From positions 5,022,001-5,086,000 of the forward strand of contig CATNEN010000011.1 of the NCBI GenBank assembly GCA_950097015.1: a stretch of 64,000 nt of DNA. The letters run 5' to 3'. Shown one piece after another: positions 63,137 to 64,000 of this stretch. Position numbers and translations under genes: made by a program. The notes beneath the pieces were generated by a model. The model was not told the DNA's origin. It saw nothing but the letters and a program-made list of their open reading frames with translations, and searched no databases. Source of the DNA: Macrostomum hystrix. Taxonomy: Eukaryota > Animalia > Platyhelminthes. How positions within the stretch are numbered: position 1 is the stretch's first letter; every line of letters begins with the position of its first letter.

Positions 63137-64000
63137 GTCCGATTTAACGAAATCGATACATATCGACTATCGACAGTTTAAACTGACTGACAATAGCGCG
63201 TGTAACAAAATTCAGTAATCTGTCATTTTCGGCGCAAAAACTTACAAAGTTTTCCTTTCTGTTTCATTACCAACATAATGTATAGGCTTTGGCTTTTTAT
63301 TCAAGAGCGATAATCTTGTCTAGAGGTTTTCCGAATCTTTAACTGTTTAAAGGGAGATTTTCAAAGCAATGTTTCTAGGAAATAAATCTTCTTTTTCTGA
63401 TTTGCAGTATATAGGTTCTTTGAAATATCTGGGTGACATTATGCCCATACTCTTTTTCAATTGAAACGCAACTAAAAATTGATACTATAAAAAATTGTAT
63501 TTGCCTGTGAAGACGTGGTACATTTACATGTGTATTCAAATTTCTATCAGGCTATTGCAGACTTGAAACAAAAACAGCTTTTGTTTAATTTTAATTTTCT
63601 GTTCTCTTCTCGTTTGTGCTTTTCGATGTGTGCCAGAATGTTTCTTAATGTTTTGAAACAATATATATTTGTTATGGCAAACAAATTCTATCCTTTTTGA
63701 GAGAAAACTCTAATTAATATACGAACTACGAGTATACTACTTTACTAGTAAATTTCGTTTACTTCCACTCGTACTTTTACTATTTTAAATGGTTGTAAGT
63801 ACATATGTGTACAATTTAACAAAAAATTTCCTGATTTATGACATTTTTATGACAATTTTTTGTCATAAAAAGTTAGCAATATTAAAACTTACATAATTAA
63901 AAGTAACAGTTAGTTATACTACTAGTACTAGCATTGGCTAAGTGATGTCCCGTGACATTTCCCTCGTCCCTTCCCTTCCCGATGACTCACCTTTTGTGAC

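Overview
Eukaryotic (animal) genomic DNA with spliced genes and roughly 40% tandem repeats. The gene set and minisatellite-filled introns resemble a free-living flatworm such as Macrostomum (inference only). Gene models were built by hand from GT-AG sites with matching phases. They are: a 2-domain Kazal inhibitor; a 10-exon secreted SP-Ig-Ig-LG-EGF2-LG-EGF2-LG gene matching the perlecan C-terminus; a 2-exon BIR-BIR-RING IAP; a 3-exon FMRFamide-receptor-like GPCR; a 2-exon MS4A/CD20-like protein; a 2-exon unknown TM plus GPI-signal protein; and a FAIM-like exon. The first 8.3 kb is largely relics: a duplicated LamG exon split by an RTE-type LINE fragment, a decayed lectin-like gene, a GALNT pseudo-exon and a Penelope-like RT remnant. 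A tRNA-derived SINE occurs about 7 times, and there are more than 20 micro/minisatellite arrays. Most long ORFs in the supplied track are repeat artefacts. No CRISPR, rRNA or intact tRNA was found. The best leads are the stand-alone endorepellin-like gene, the IAP gene bracketed by inverted arrays (foldback-like), a SINE carrying an exact HDV-ribozyme P3/L3 sequence, intronic satellites sharing one ACAGGT core, and a tetherin-topology membrane protein.
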